Assembly (NCBI RefSeq): GCF_008831285.2
Contig: NC_045138.2
Coordinates: 3,286,001 to 3,350,000, forward strand
DNA: 64,000 bases
Source: Nymphaea colorata
Lineage: Eukaryota
Reading direction: 5' to 3'
Shown: piece after piece, positions 49,168 to 64,000 of the stretch
Position numbering within the stretch: the stretch's first letter is position 1
How the letters are laid out: the number at the start of each line of letters is the position of its first letter
Position numbers and translations under genes: made by a program
The notes under the pieces: model-generated
The model's database searches: none
The model's input: the letters and a program-made list of their open reading frames with translations, nothing else
Told to the model about the DNA's origin: nothing

Positions 49168-51490
49168 CAATTCTGATTAATAACTTAGCTAGACCAAAGG
49201 TTGAAATCCCAACAGGGAACAGCGAAAATGTCCGGATCATGAACTGGTCTACTAGCTATAGGAAATTTCAGTTCATACTTGATGAATCGATTGTATGCAG
49301 AAAGGACTTGTTGCCTTTTTTCTGATGCTGCACAAAAGCAACTTCATTCTTACTCGCAAGAATCTACATTTTCTCTGGGTTTTGCAAACACGACTAATTA
49401 TTTCTTGAAAATAAATAATGTTTGAGAGGTCTTGTTAGTTGTCAGATACGGTTTTACTCGAGATTTGGAGAATATTTTTCTGTTTGTGGAAATTAAGAAC
49501 ATGAGATGGACAAAAAAATAAAAAAATAACTGCATTTTCTTTCACGTTAATTCGCCAGGGATGCTCATAAACAATGAAAAATGCTCATTAATCAAATTGT
49601 CGGCTGGCTAGCCGACTCCGCTGGCCCTGATGGTGTTTAATTTGCTAGTCTGGATGCAACAAAAAAGTTACCAGAAGTGCAAGCACTTGCTAATCATGTT
49701 TAATTTGATTAAACATACATACTTATACAATTCAGATAGATCTGCTTGACGGTTACCATTGTTGATAGATTGGATTTATTTTGGTTACACTTGATCAAGT
49801 TTAATTAATAAGCTGCTAAAGTTCAACTAAATATCAAATCTAGTTTTCTTAATAATCAATAAATAACTAATTAAATGAATATTCATTCATTTAGAAATCA
49901 AACTATGTTCAATAACTACCCACGGTTTCATGTGGATTTACAACTGAACTCAAAAACTAGTCGAGCTAATCTTCTATTAAAGCTCGTGAAGGAAACAACC
50001 ACCAAAAGAGAGAGAGAGATTGGCCTAGTTCAACTTCAACTCTAGCTCGACCCTTACATAAGAGACCGAGGCACATGGCCAGCTGTCTTGGCAATGGCGC
50101 TGACGGAGGTGGCAGGAGAAACGGGACCCTTGGAGGTAGAAGGCAAACCATGCCCAAAGGCAACAAGTCACAGATCGAGTGCCCAATAGCACCACTGGTC
50201 GAGGGTTGTCAGTAGGACAAGCGAGTGCAGAGTCCAACAAGGATGGACAGATTGGCCAAGGTCGGACAGACATACAGGGCAGAAGTACAGGCCAGACGCG
50301 CCAGGCCAAAACTAAGGCGTCAGTAAGGTTACTAGGCAGAGCAACCGAAGAGTCAAGACAGGAGATAAGTTGTCAGTAGTTCCGACCCTGTGAGCCAATT
50401 GGAACCAAGCCTAAGTCAAGTCCAAACCCGGCCAGAGAGGTAGATTAAGATAGAGTCCTTAGCGTCTCAGTCCAGTCGTCTGTTTGAGTGTTTAATTTAC
50501 AACGAGTCATTTCATTTCCTTTTTGCTTTATAGAACCGTCTCGGTTAGGGTTATGTAAACCGAGACATTGTTAGACTATTTAAGTTCTCTTGTAAGCCAT
50601 TTTTGGCATTCTTGCTTTTGAAATAGAAATTGCTTGAGATCTCTCTCTCCTTCCCCGCCCTTTGTGATGTGTATCTCCCCCATCGTTGTGGTGGTGTAAC
50701 CCAAACTCTTCAACTCGTGGTTCTGGCCGAAGAGAAGAAGAGGAGCTCGTGAGAGTGGTGGTGGCCGAAAAACCACCATTGGTGACGATTTCCTACATGC
50801 AAATCCCCGACGAAAAGATATCTCCTCTCGATATGGTTGTCCTCGAACACGGAGGGCTTCAAGAGGCCGGACGAGGTCACAGGTAGGCTTGGAGAAAGGT
50901 GGGCCATGGTTCTGTCCAGCTAGTACCCTAGCATTGACGACTCCAGTAGCGAAAGCAAGATTGGTATCGTGGAAACTCCCACACGGTTCCTTCTCTTTTG
51001 CTGGTTCTAGACTTGACCGACGCCACCCTAGTAGGCTAGCTTCCTCCCCGGGCACATCAGGAAGGTGGGTAGTCATAAAGGTAGGCCGAATCCCAGTCAT
51101 GGCAAGTTTGGTGAAGCTCGGCCCTAGTAGGCTGCATTCCTCCTATAGGATCCAGGGAGTGTGTGGCCGGAGAGGTCGTGCTAAGCACAAGCTTGGCCGG
51201 TTCCTTCGCTAAGCAAAACCACAGATGTTGGTGGTCACTGTCGGTAGACAGCTGGTGGTGTTCGACGACATTGCTAGGTGGAGCACAGCGGAAACCCAAT
51301 AGAGCACCTGCAAGAAACAAGGCAAACCTGCGGGGTTGCACTCGGAGACAACCGAGGCAAGAGCTCGGTAAATCGCCAGGCACATGTAGAGTGACAGGCC
51401 AAGCCACTCCCAAGTCCGACTTCGAACAGTGGCAAATCGCAAGGTGCCGGAATCTCTCAATTCGGTGATTGTAATTCCTGTCGTACCTCC

Positions 51491-51638
51491 CGCCTTGGAG
51501 CCGCGGAGTCGCCAGGCGGCAGCGTCATAAGCTCGCATCGCCTCCTCCGTCGTATCGAAGGTGCTGAGCGGCACCGACCTATCCTATCGTGTATCTCGGC
51601 AACCACCATCCCCAGGGGCGCTTCCTCACACCACGGTA
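51491..51638 (-). pseudogene. AP2/ERF domain fragment (ERF084-like), disrupted
   Basis: The minus strand reads YRGVRKRPWGWW / frameshift / AEIHDRIGRCR / small deletion / LSTFDTTEEAMRAYDAAAWRLRGSKA, then homology stops before the expected RTNF. Confidence 0.85.
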
Positions 51639-52233
51639 GCTGTTCTGCAACACTACATCGGCGGTGGAGTTCACCCCTAGCTTCTTTTGTTCAGTAGTGA
51701 TAGTGGTGGAGCTGGTCGAGCATTTCTAAGCTTCGGTTTAAACATGTTCTCTGGTTGTGATAGAACTTGGAGGCGACATGTCCTTTCAGAAGACAACACC
51801 GATCAAGTTCACCATCTCAATGTTCCTGCAGTTGATGATGCCTATTAGCAAAGGCAAGCCTATCAAGATAACGCCGCAAGACTCAGACCTTTCAAGGAGG
51901 CAATGTTGTCTGTGGTTTCACGTGTTTCTGTTCCACAACACAAGTTAGCAGCCCCCTACTGCAGCCATCCTTACCGACAACATCGTATCCTGGCGATGAT
52001 GGGAGTTGGTACACATCAGTTTTCATTCGTGTCTCATCCCCCCAATAATAATATGTGGCAGCAGAACTGCTTTTCTAATACAAATGAGTGCAGGAATGCT
52101 TGTCTATCACATACTCACCAATGTGAGATTCGAGTAATGAGGTGCATTTCTGTTATGCTCCGTTAATTTGGTGTGAATAACTAATTTTTATACTTCGACA
52201 TTTACAGACAGTTTCTCTTTTTCTTTCAACATA

Positions 52234-53422
52234 GGGATCAAAGCAGTGCATCGAAACCTATCGGTCTTTGTACACCCATTGAACACTGCTTGAATGAATA
52301 GGTTCATCCACATAAGCAACATGACGGTGCAACCCCATCAAGGGTCCCTTCTGCCGATTGCCAAGATGAGCCAAGCACTGAGCAACAAAACAGTCAGGTT
52401 GATGACTCTCAACAGAGTCAAAGCATCGACACTAAGAAGGCTCATGCTGATGGCGTAGACTTGAACAGGACACCACCCCAGAAACCAAAGAGAAAGAAAG
52501 TAAGGTCGAAGGTGGTTAAGGAGAGCAAGCCTCGAGAAGTCCAAACAAGGAGTTGGCAAGCCAGAGTCAAGAAGTAACTCCTGTACACGGAAACACAAGT
52601 AGAGGGAAGCGCAAAGATGCTACCACCACCACCAACTTGGATGTAGAGGAGCCCGTTTGTTTGCCCAATGCTGCTCACGTTGCTTCGTGCAGACGATCAC
52701 TGAATTTTGATTCTAATGTTGAGGCATGTAATAATAAATTTGGATTCATAAGTCAACATGTTGTTGAAAGAGAAAGGCATGCCACAAAGTTCTACACAAG
52801 AAAGAGAAGATGACATTGCCTGCGGTCACCAAACTTCTTGACTGCGAGAAACCTCATGGATGATATGCTCGTCAAAATACAAGTAAATGCAAAAAGAAGT
52901 CCAATGAAAGCGTCTATTCATGCTCATCACCATCAAACTTTCTTTGCAATTAACTACGGTTTCATGCCACAAAGTTCTACACAAGAAAGAGAAGATGACA
53001 TTGCATGCGGTCCCCAAACTTCTTGACTGCGAGAAACCCCAGCGATGATATGCTCGTCAAAATACAGGTGAAGGCAAAAAGAAGTCCAAGGAAAGCGTCT
53101 ATTCATGCTCATCACCCTCAAACTTTCTTTGCAATTAACAATGATTTCATGCTACAAAGTTTTACACAAGAAAGAGAAGATGACATTGCCTGTGGCCCCC
53201 AAACTAGACAAGAAGTCCTACTCCTGGATAGTCTTGCTCAAAGATTAACCAAGAAGCCCAGAAGAAAAGGAATTTCTCACGCTGTGAAATTTGCATCTTG
53301 TACCACACCAGATAGGCTTGAAAATTGCACTCACCAAGGTCAAGAGTCTCATGTTGTGTTAAGTAGTAATCTTGTAAATAAACATGAAACCATACTTCAA
53401 AACACAATAATGCCTTATTCTG
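52234..53422 (+). pseudogene. DEMETER/ROS1-like (DML) DNA glycosylase, N-terminal fragment, left part
   Basis: GVDLNRTPPQKPKRKKVRSKVVKESKPR (52452 onward) resembles the DML motif IDLNKTPQQKPKRKKHRPKV. It is followed by GKRK and SCRRSLNFD (family SCRRALNFD), and ends QNTIMPYS at the copia insertion. Frameshifts and stops are present. The left boundary is a candidate acceptor and is approximate. Confidence 0.75.
52778..53205. repeat. 185-bp tandem repeat, about 2.3 units, inside the DML fragment
   Basis: CATGC(C/T)ACAAAGT..TACACAAGAAAGAGAAGATGACATTGC starts at 52778, 52963 and 53148. Confidence 0.9.
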
Positions 53423-54016
53423 TGTTGCTCTCACTCCTGTTGTGGAGGAGCTCGTGGGAACGTGTGTAAGTGTGAGTGGGTGAAGGAGCTCGTGGGTACG
53501 TGAGTTCCATCGGTTCCAAATCATGGGTAGTTAAAGAAGAATTGAGAAATTGGTGGGAGTGAAAAGTGGAGATGTGAGGAGAACTTGTGAATGTGTGTGC
53601 AGTTCCCAAGATCATGGGTGATGGAGAAAATGGTGAGAGACTTGAGGACTGAAATGGAAGAGATCATGGGAGTGCCCAGCGGTTACTAAGTTGAGGGTTG
53701 AAATGGAGGAGATCATGGAATGACCAACGGTTATTAGCGTGAGGATCAAGTTTTTGTTTTTCTATATATAGTTGTTAGAGAATGTTGAATGTAGTACGCC
53801 CAAAAGAAGAAAGAATTTTTTTTTCCTTAAACCTCTTCCCTCTACCCGTGAAGTCTCCTCTCGTTCTTTGCTCTCTCTCTCCCCTGTCGTGTACTCTCTG
53901 CCCTATCACACTCTGCATCCCTCTTCTTGGTGTGTTGCAGCCTACGATCACCTCTCCTCATTTTGCCATTACCAAAAGGGAGGTGATTGAGTGTGAATCA
54001 AGGGAGTACGCCAACA
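53423..54016 (+). repeat. 5' LTR (594 bp)
   Basis: TGTTGC...CCAACA. About 32 substitutions and 1 indel versus the 3' LTR by manual count. Confidence 0.95.
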
Positions 54017-56073
54017 TTTGGTATCAAAGCTTCCAAGTTGTATGTCAAAGCTCCCTCTATTCAAGCTGATGTCGATCATCACAGACGAGGCAACGCGGGA
54101 GATCCCCAGTGGGACGTTCCAGTATCCGCCGCTCACGGCGACCAACTACACCAACTGGGTGATTAGGGTCCAGGCCATAATAGAAGATCAAGGCGTCTGG
54201 GAGGCAGTCGAGCCGACGGCCAGTGTGGCTGTCGACACGAGGAATGACAAGAAGGCGAGGTCGCATCTTCTCCAAGCCCTCCCAGAGGATCTCCTAATGC
54301 AAGTGGCAAAGAAGGTGACGACGAATGAGGTATGGGATTGCCTCAAGACGAGATCCGTCGGGGCAGATCACGTGAGGAATGCATGCTTGCAGACCTTGAA
54401 GAGTGACTTTGACGCCATGAGAATGCAGGAAGGAGAGACGTTGGATCAATATGGGGGCAGACTCACCAGGATGTCCGTCAAGTATGCCAACTTGGGGGGA
54501 ACCCTGAGCGACGCTGCCCTGGTGAAGAAGCTGTTTGACACTGTTCCAAATCGGTTTCTCAGCATAATCGTCGGCATAGAGCAGTTTTGTGACCTTGACA
54601 CAATGTTGTTTGAATAGGCCGTGGGATGACTCAAGACCTACGAAAAACGCTTGCATCCCCAAGCATTCAGTATCGGTGGCAACAGTGATGCTCAACTACT
54701 TCTCACTCAAGTCGAGTGGGAGGCACGACAGAAAAGAAGCGGTGGCGACCCATCATTGACCCGAAAGGAAAGGACTCACGGGGAAGGAGCGGTTCGCAGC
54801 CATGGTGGACGCGGATGCAGGAGAGGCGGACGCGGCGACTTCCCACTCAATGACAGAGCAGGTGGCTCTGGGGGTGGTGGTCATGACAAAAGCCACATCC
54901 GTTGCTTCAATTGCAATGAATTGGGGCATTACGCGAACCGATGCAAGGCTCCCAAAAGGAAGGAGGAGGCACATCTCACACAAGCTGACGACACTGAACC
55001 AGCCCTACTGCTTGCAGAGTTGGAAGAAGTGGTGTCCGCAGCACTTGAACCACTAGAATGACAAGATCGGCAGGATACCGTCCTACTGAATGAGGAGCAG
55101 GTATGGCCAGAACTGCACGGGACCGAACAATGCATCAAAACTACCGATGTCTGGTACCTGGATAACGGCGCCAGCAACCACATGACCGGAGATAAGGTCA
55201 AGTTTCAGGAGTTGGACGAGGCAATCACCGGCAAGATCATGGGTAAGGGTTCAATTCTATTTAGAAGCAAAAATGATGATCAATGGCTGCTCTAAGAAAT
55301 ATATTATATTTCAAGGCTTCGCAGCAACATCGTGAGTCTTGGGTAACTCACTGAGGCAGGCCACAAGGTGGTTATGGATGAGGACAAACTGGAGGTGTTC
55401 GTCAAAAATCCATGGCAGCTGATCATGAAGGTGAGACGCACGTCAAATCGTCTATATCGCATCGAGCTGCAGATTGCAAGGCCAGTGTGTCTCCTGGCAA
55501 ACCTCGAGGATCTGTCATGTTTGTGGCATGCTCGTCTCGGCCATGTCAACTTTCAAGCAATGAAGATGCTTATAAACAAGAAGATGGCAACCGGGGTGCC
55601 GCCGATCACTCATCCTGTTCAGTTATGTCGGGAGTGTTTGGTGGCAAAGCAGACGAGGCAGTCGTTCCCGTCGGTAGCCAACTATCGAGCGAAGGAGCCA
55701 CTTGAACTCTTGCACGATGATCTTTGTGACTCGATCACGCCACCCACCCCTGCCGGTAATAGCTATTTCTTACTAATCATTGATGACTTCACTCGTTGGA
55801 TGTGGTTGTGCGTGATCAGAACAAAAGACCAGGCATGCTCGGCGTTTATGAGGATTAAGGCGCTGGCCAAGAACGCGTGCGGGCATCGCGTCAAGATGCT
55901 CCCGACCGATCGGGGAGGCGAGTTCCTCTCTCTCGAGTTCGCCAATGTGTGTGAACAGGCGAGCATTGCGCGACATTTCATTGCGCCATGCTCACCACAG
56001 CAAAACGGTGTGGTGGAGCGGAGGAACAGGATGGTGATGGCGATGGCTAGGTCCCTCCTCAAGAGCATGAGCA

Positions 56074-56167
56074 TGCTGGGAAGGTTTTGGGGGGAGGCGG
56101 TACGGGACGCGGTCTGCATGCTGGGAAGGTTTTGGGGGGAGGCGGTACGGGACGCGGTCTACATGCT
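56074..56167. repeat. 45-bp tandem duplication within the integrase
   Basis: MLGRFWGEAVRDAV is encoded twice in frame. Confidence 0.9.
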
Positions 56168-57568
56168 GAACCGCTTGCCTATGAAGGCCATGGGCGAGCA
56201 CATACCGTATGAAACTTGGAGTGGTAGGAAGCTGGATCTTGCACATCTTCGATTGTTCGGTTGCACGGCGCATGCCATGGTGACGACGCCACACCTCAAG
56301 AAGCTTGATGATCATAGCCAGCCAATCGTGGGTGGCAAGTCCATCACCTTGACGTCAAATGAGCATTCCTCAATGGCGAACTTGAGGAGGAGGTCTATGT
56401 AGCCCAGCCAAAAGGTTTCACGGTGAAGAACAAGGAGCATACGGTGCTCAAACTAAGCAAGGCATTGTACGATCTCTGACAAGCACCTCGTGCTTGGAAC
56501 ACGTGACTAGATCGAAGCCTGAAGCACCTTGGGTTCTTAAAGTACACACTGGAACAAGCCATGTATACGAGGGGAGAAGACCGCGTCGGCATCATCGTTG
56601 GAGTTTATGTTGATGATCTAATTGTAATAGGTGAGGATTCGGAAACAATCGCTACATTCAAGCAGCATATGATGGTTGAGTTCGAGATGAGCTACCTCGG
56701 CCTGCTCACCTATTACCTTGAGATTGAGGTGACACAAGGCGAAGAGGGTATCCGGATCAAGCAAACAGCATATGCCAAGAATGTGTTAATGCAATTTGGT
56801 ATGCTTGATTGTAATCCCACAAAACTTCCCATGGAACCAAAGTCGCAGCTGCACAAGGTTCCCGAAGGACAGCTAGTGGATGCAACAGAGTATCGACGAG
56901 TCATCGGATGTCTGAGGTATCTTCTCCACACAAGACCAGATCTTTCGTATGCCGTCGGTGTAGCTAGTAGATTCATGGAGAAACCGACAGTGATGCACCA
57001 CAAGGCAGTGAAGCATATTTTGTGATATTTAAAATGCACAATCTACTTCGGTCTTGTATACACCAGAGGAAGGGGAGAAGAGGTGATTGTCGGGTTCACA
57101 GATAGTGACTTGGCGGGCGACGTCGATCGGAAAAGCACCGGAGGGCATTCTATGTAAATAAGAGCCTAGTCTCATGGAACTCGCAGAAGCAGAAGACCGT
57201 TGCTCTGTCTTCGTGCGAAGCTGAGTTCATGGTAGCAACTGCGGCAGCATGTCAGGCACTCTGGCTCAGAGGACTGCTGGTTGAGCTAGTTGGAAAAGAG
57301 CCGCAGGTGGTAAAGTTATATGTGGATAATAAGTCCACAATCGCATTAATAAAGAACCTAGTTTTTCATGGACGTAGCAAACACATTGACACAGTTCCAT
57401 TTCATACGCGAATGTGTTGAAAGATGACAAATTATTGTGGATTTTGTGCAAACAGATGAGCAACAAGTTGATCTGTTGATGAAGGCGTTGCCGGTGACAA
57501 GGTTGGCAACAATGCGACGCTTGCTAGGTGTTCGAGATCTCGAGCCACACCAGGATTAGGGGGGAGAA

Positions 57569-58161
57569 TGTTGCTCTAACTCTTGTTGTGGAGGAGCTCG
57601 TGGGAACGTGTGTAAGTGTGAGTGGGTGAAGGAGCTCGTGGGTACGTGAGTTCCATCGGTTCCAAATCATGGGTAGTTAAAGAAGAATTGAGAAATTGGT
57701 GGGAGTGAAAAGTGGAGACGTGAGGAGAACTTGTGAATGTGTGTGCGGTTCCCAAGATCATGGGTGACGGAAAAAATGGTGCGAGACTTGAGGGCTGAAA
57801 TGGAGGAGATCATGGGAGTGACCAACGATTACTAAGTTGAGGGCTGAAATGGAGGAGATCATGGAATGACCAGCGGTTATTAGCGTGAGGATCAAGTTTT
57901 TGTTTTTCTATATATAGTTGTTAGAGAAAGTTGAATGTAGTACGCCCAAAAGAAGAAATAATTTTTTTTCCTTAAACCTCTTCCCTCTACCCGTGAAGTC
58001 TCCACTCGTTCTTTGCTCTCTCTCTCCCCTGCCGTGTACTCTCTGCCTTGTCGCACTTTGCATCCCTCTCCTTGGTGTGTTGCAATCTACGGTCACCTCT
58101 CCTCATTTTGTCGTTACCAAAAGGAAGGTGACTGAGTGTGAATCAAGGGAGTGTGCCAACA
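57569..58161 (+). repeat. 3' LTR (593 bp)
   Basis: Follows the PPT and is colinear with the 5' LTR. Confidence 0.95.
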
Positions 58162-58166
58162 TTCTG

Positions 58167-58399
58167 CAGCTGGAATGATTGTTCATTATGTTGTAACTTT
58201 TAAACCCTTGAGAAAGAGGTGCCCACGACCAGAAGTGGACCTGGATGAAGAAAGTATATCCCGTGGAAGCTTTTGATGGGAATTGAAAGTGCAGGAATAG
58301 ATGGAACAGATGTCGATAAAGAGAGATGGTGGGGGGAGGAGAGAAGAGTATTTTGAGGACGAACAGATTCATTTATCGCTCGAATGCACTTCATACAAG
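58167..58399 (+). pseudogene. DEMETER/ROS1-like fragment, right part (start of conserved domain A)
   Basis: AGMIVHY...LRKRCPRPEVDLDEES / frameshift / WKLLMGIESAGIDGTDVDKERWWGEERRVF*GRTDSFIARMHFIQG|GTATG matches the DML domain-A consensus RPKVDLD.ET..VWKLLM...KEKWWEEER.VFRGRADSFIARMHLVQG. In-frame TGA at 58354. No following DRRFS/WKGSVVDSV exon found. Confidence 0.9.
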
Positions 58400-59050
58400 G
58401 TATGAAACATAGCCACTCCTCCCTATCCATCTTTCGCTCCTCTTTGTCCATCTTTCATATAAATCTGCCACTCCTGAAAATCCATCCTCAGCTTGGTCCC
58501 TCAAAAGCTGCTATAGATGATTTTACGATGCTAGTACTCCCTTACATGGCAGGCCTTTTTGCACTGAATTACTGTACCAAGTGTACAGGAAGCTTCCTCA
58601 TACTGCACCACACATCAAGTTGAATAAGCTGGTAAAGACTTACGGATAATATCACAAACACAAACAAAATGTTGAAGTTTAGGTGATAAAAAAGATTAAA
58701 CTTGTCCAATTGTTTTACGTGAATGTGCTCAGTATTTTAAGTTCTATAAAACAGCAATAAAATTAGTGACAGCTTTTAAGAAATCTCATTCAAGTGGACA
58801 TTTGAGTGAGTGGAAGGTTTATCCCGACTCCCAAAATGAAGTCTCAAGGCTCTCTCTCTCTCTCTCTCTCTCTCTTGTTATTGTATCTAGGGGACTTCTT
58901 GTCATCAACCTTTGTTATGAATTCCTATTTTATCAGCTCTCTCTCTCTCTGTATATATAATCATTGGTAAAAATCATACCAAAATTTTTATAGAGTGAAC
59001 ATTTTAGGTGAGTGGAAGGCTTATCCTCATTCTTCAAAAGAAGTCCAATG

Positions 59051-59230
59051 CCCCTCAGTCCTCCTATCTCAAAGGTCCTAAGCTATGTTGGTAGTAACTA
59101 TACAACTATCAACTTGAATGTTGTGCCCCACCACTTTAAGTTATAAGAACATAGAACATAGTACCCATGGGAATCAAATTAAAAATCTGCTATTATCTAG
59201 CCCTTAACCTGACCAACAATGGACATTTAC
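59051..59230 (-). mobile_element. Old, CpG-depleted copy of the 18492 SINE family
   Basis: The reverse strand TTGGTCAGGTTAAGGGCT...AATTTGATTCCCATGGGTACTATGTTC...TTAAAGTGGTGGGGCACAACATTCAAGTTGA...ACATAGCTTAGGACC is colinear with 18512-18680, with mostly C>T/G>A changes. Confidence 0.65.
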
Positions 59231-59851
59231 CATAAACTTATATGTGTTTAACGGAAGAGCTATGAAAGTGAAAATTAACTCACGAAAACTTATAGACGTG
59301 AATCGGCTAATTAATTGGATGAAGTAGCTATGACGTTTAAAGTATCTTCTGAACTCAAATTATTGATGGTCATTTTTCATTTAGAGAACTACCTTTCGAC
59401 AGAGAAAGTTTTCGGCCGCCTGATCCATTAAAATCACGAAACAATTGTGAGGACTGCATCACAGGAAGAACTTCAGCTGAAGTAAACCCTTATTTAGCAG
59501 TCGTATGCAATGGTGAGGACTGCATCAGGAAAAAATAGGAATGGAAACCGTTTTCTGAGATTATGGATAAAATATGAAGTCATAAGTAAGTTCTGCCCGA
59601 AACAAACGTTCCTCTCATAAAATCGTTCGTTTCCTGTTCCGCTGTTTCTTACATTCTTTAAGCTTTTGCTCATCTTGTTGCTTCTTTTTAGCGGAAAAGG
59701 TGGTTCCTGTCATTCGATTGTCTTTTTAGCTTTCTTTTTCGGTATTCAAGGAACAAAAAACCGGTCTTCTTTTTTAAAAACTAAAGAAATCAAGTATGGT
59801 TGCCTGATAATTGATCCGAAAGGGAGAGGGAAAGGGTGGAGAAGAAGAAGA

Positions 59852-63874
<4,023 letters not shown>

Positions 63875-64000
63875 GTACTAACTTTTTCCCCTATTGGATC
63901 CCGGTTGTAGCTTACATTGGGCTGGTCATTGACTCTTGATTTACCTATGAATCTATGATCCACCAGGAGAGTTGATGGTTGACCAACTCCATTCTGTTTT

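Larger units (their letters stand above)
53423..58161 (+). mobile_element. Ty1/copia LTR retrotransposon, both LTRs present, coding region decayed and internally deleted
   Basis: LTRs 53423-54016 and 57569-58161 (TG...CA). TSD TTCTG (53418-53422, 58162-58166). PBS TGGTATCAAAGC (54019-54030, tRNA-iMet type). PPT TTAGGGGGGAGAA. Domain order gag (YPPLT..NY..W, zinc knuckle CFNCNELGHYANRC), protease (WYLDNGASNHMTG), integrase (LWHARLGH, TDRGGEF, PQQNGVVERRNR), RT (YVDDL), RNase H (SSCEAEF, HGRSKHID). Confidence 0.97.

Noticed and set aside
50025..51468. Several 90-174 aa ORFs on both strands as genes
   Set aside because: No recognisable domains. Overlapping open frames are expected in GC-rich TE-like DNA.
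52778..53205. Regularly spaced repeats as a CRISPR-like array
   Set aside because: Whole 185-bp units repeat with no unique spacers, the context is eukaryotic, and there are no cas genes.

Overview
Plant (angiosperm) nuclear genomic DNA with intron-rich genes, AT/CT microsatellites and many small transposons. No prokaryotic features, CRISPR array, rRNA or tRNA gene is visible. I reconstructed five protein-coding genes by hand, and all introns are phase-consistent GT-AG: a 14-exon sucrose-phosphate synthase (SPS, family C/SPS4-like, 5949-19447 +), a 9-exon GDPD4-like glycerophosphodiester phosphodiesterase (21460-27988 +), a 7-exon plastid-type Mpv17/PMP22 membrane protein (40679-34343 -), an intronless VQ-motif protein (44477-45058 +), and a DUF2062-like membrane protein that runs off the right edge (from 59852 +). 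The most unusual region is 50-58.4 kb. There a Ty1/copia LTR retrotransposon with both LTRs but a decayed, internally deleted coding region (53423-58161, TSD TTCTG) splits a truncated DEMETER/ROS1-like DNA-demethylase gene fragment that the ORF track does not reveal. Removing the element restores the reading frame. A broken AP2/ERF fragment lies head-to-head next to it. Other notable items are a plastid ndhG insertion, an older copia relic and a duplicated pseudo-exon inside Mpv17 introns, a tRNA-derived SINE family, a diverged 0.7-0.9 kb duplicated exon/intron-like segment on both sides of the Mpv17 gene, and a short interstitial telomere tract. All family assignments come from motif recognition, not database searches, and the species is not determined.
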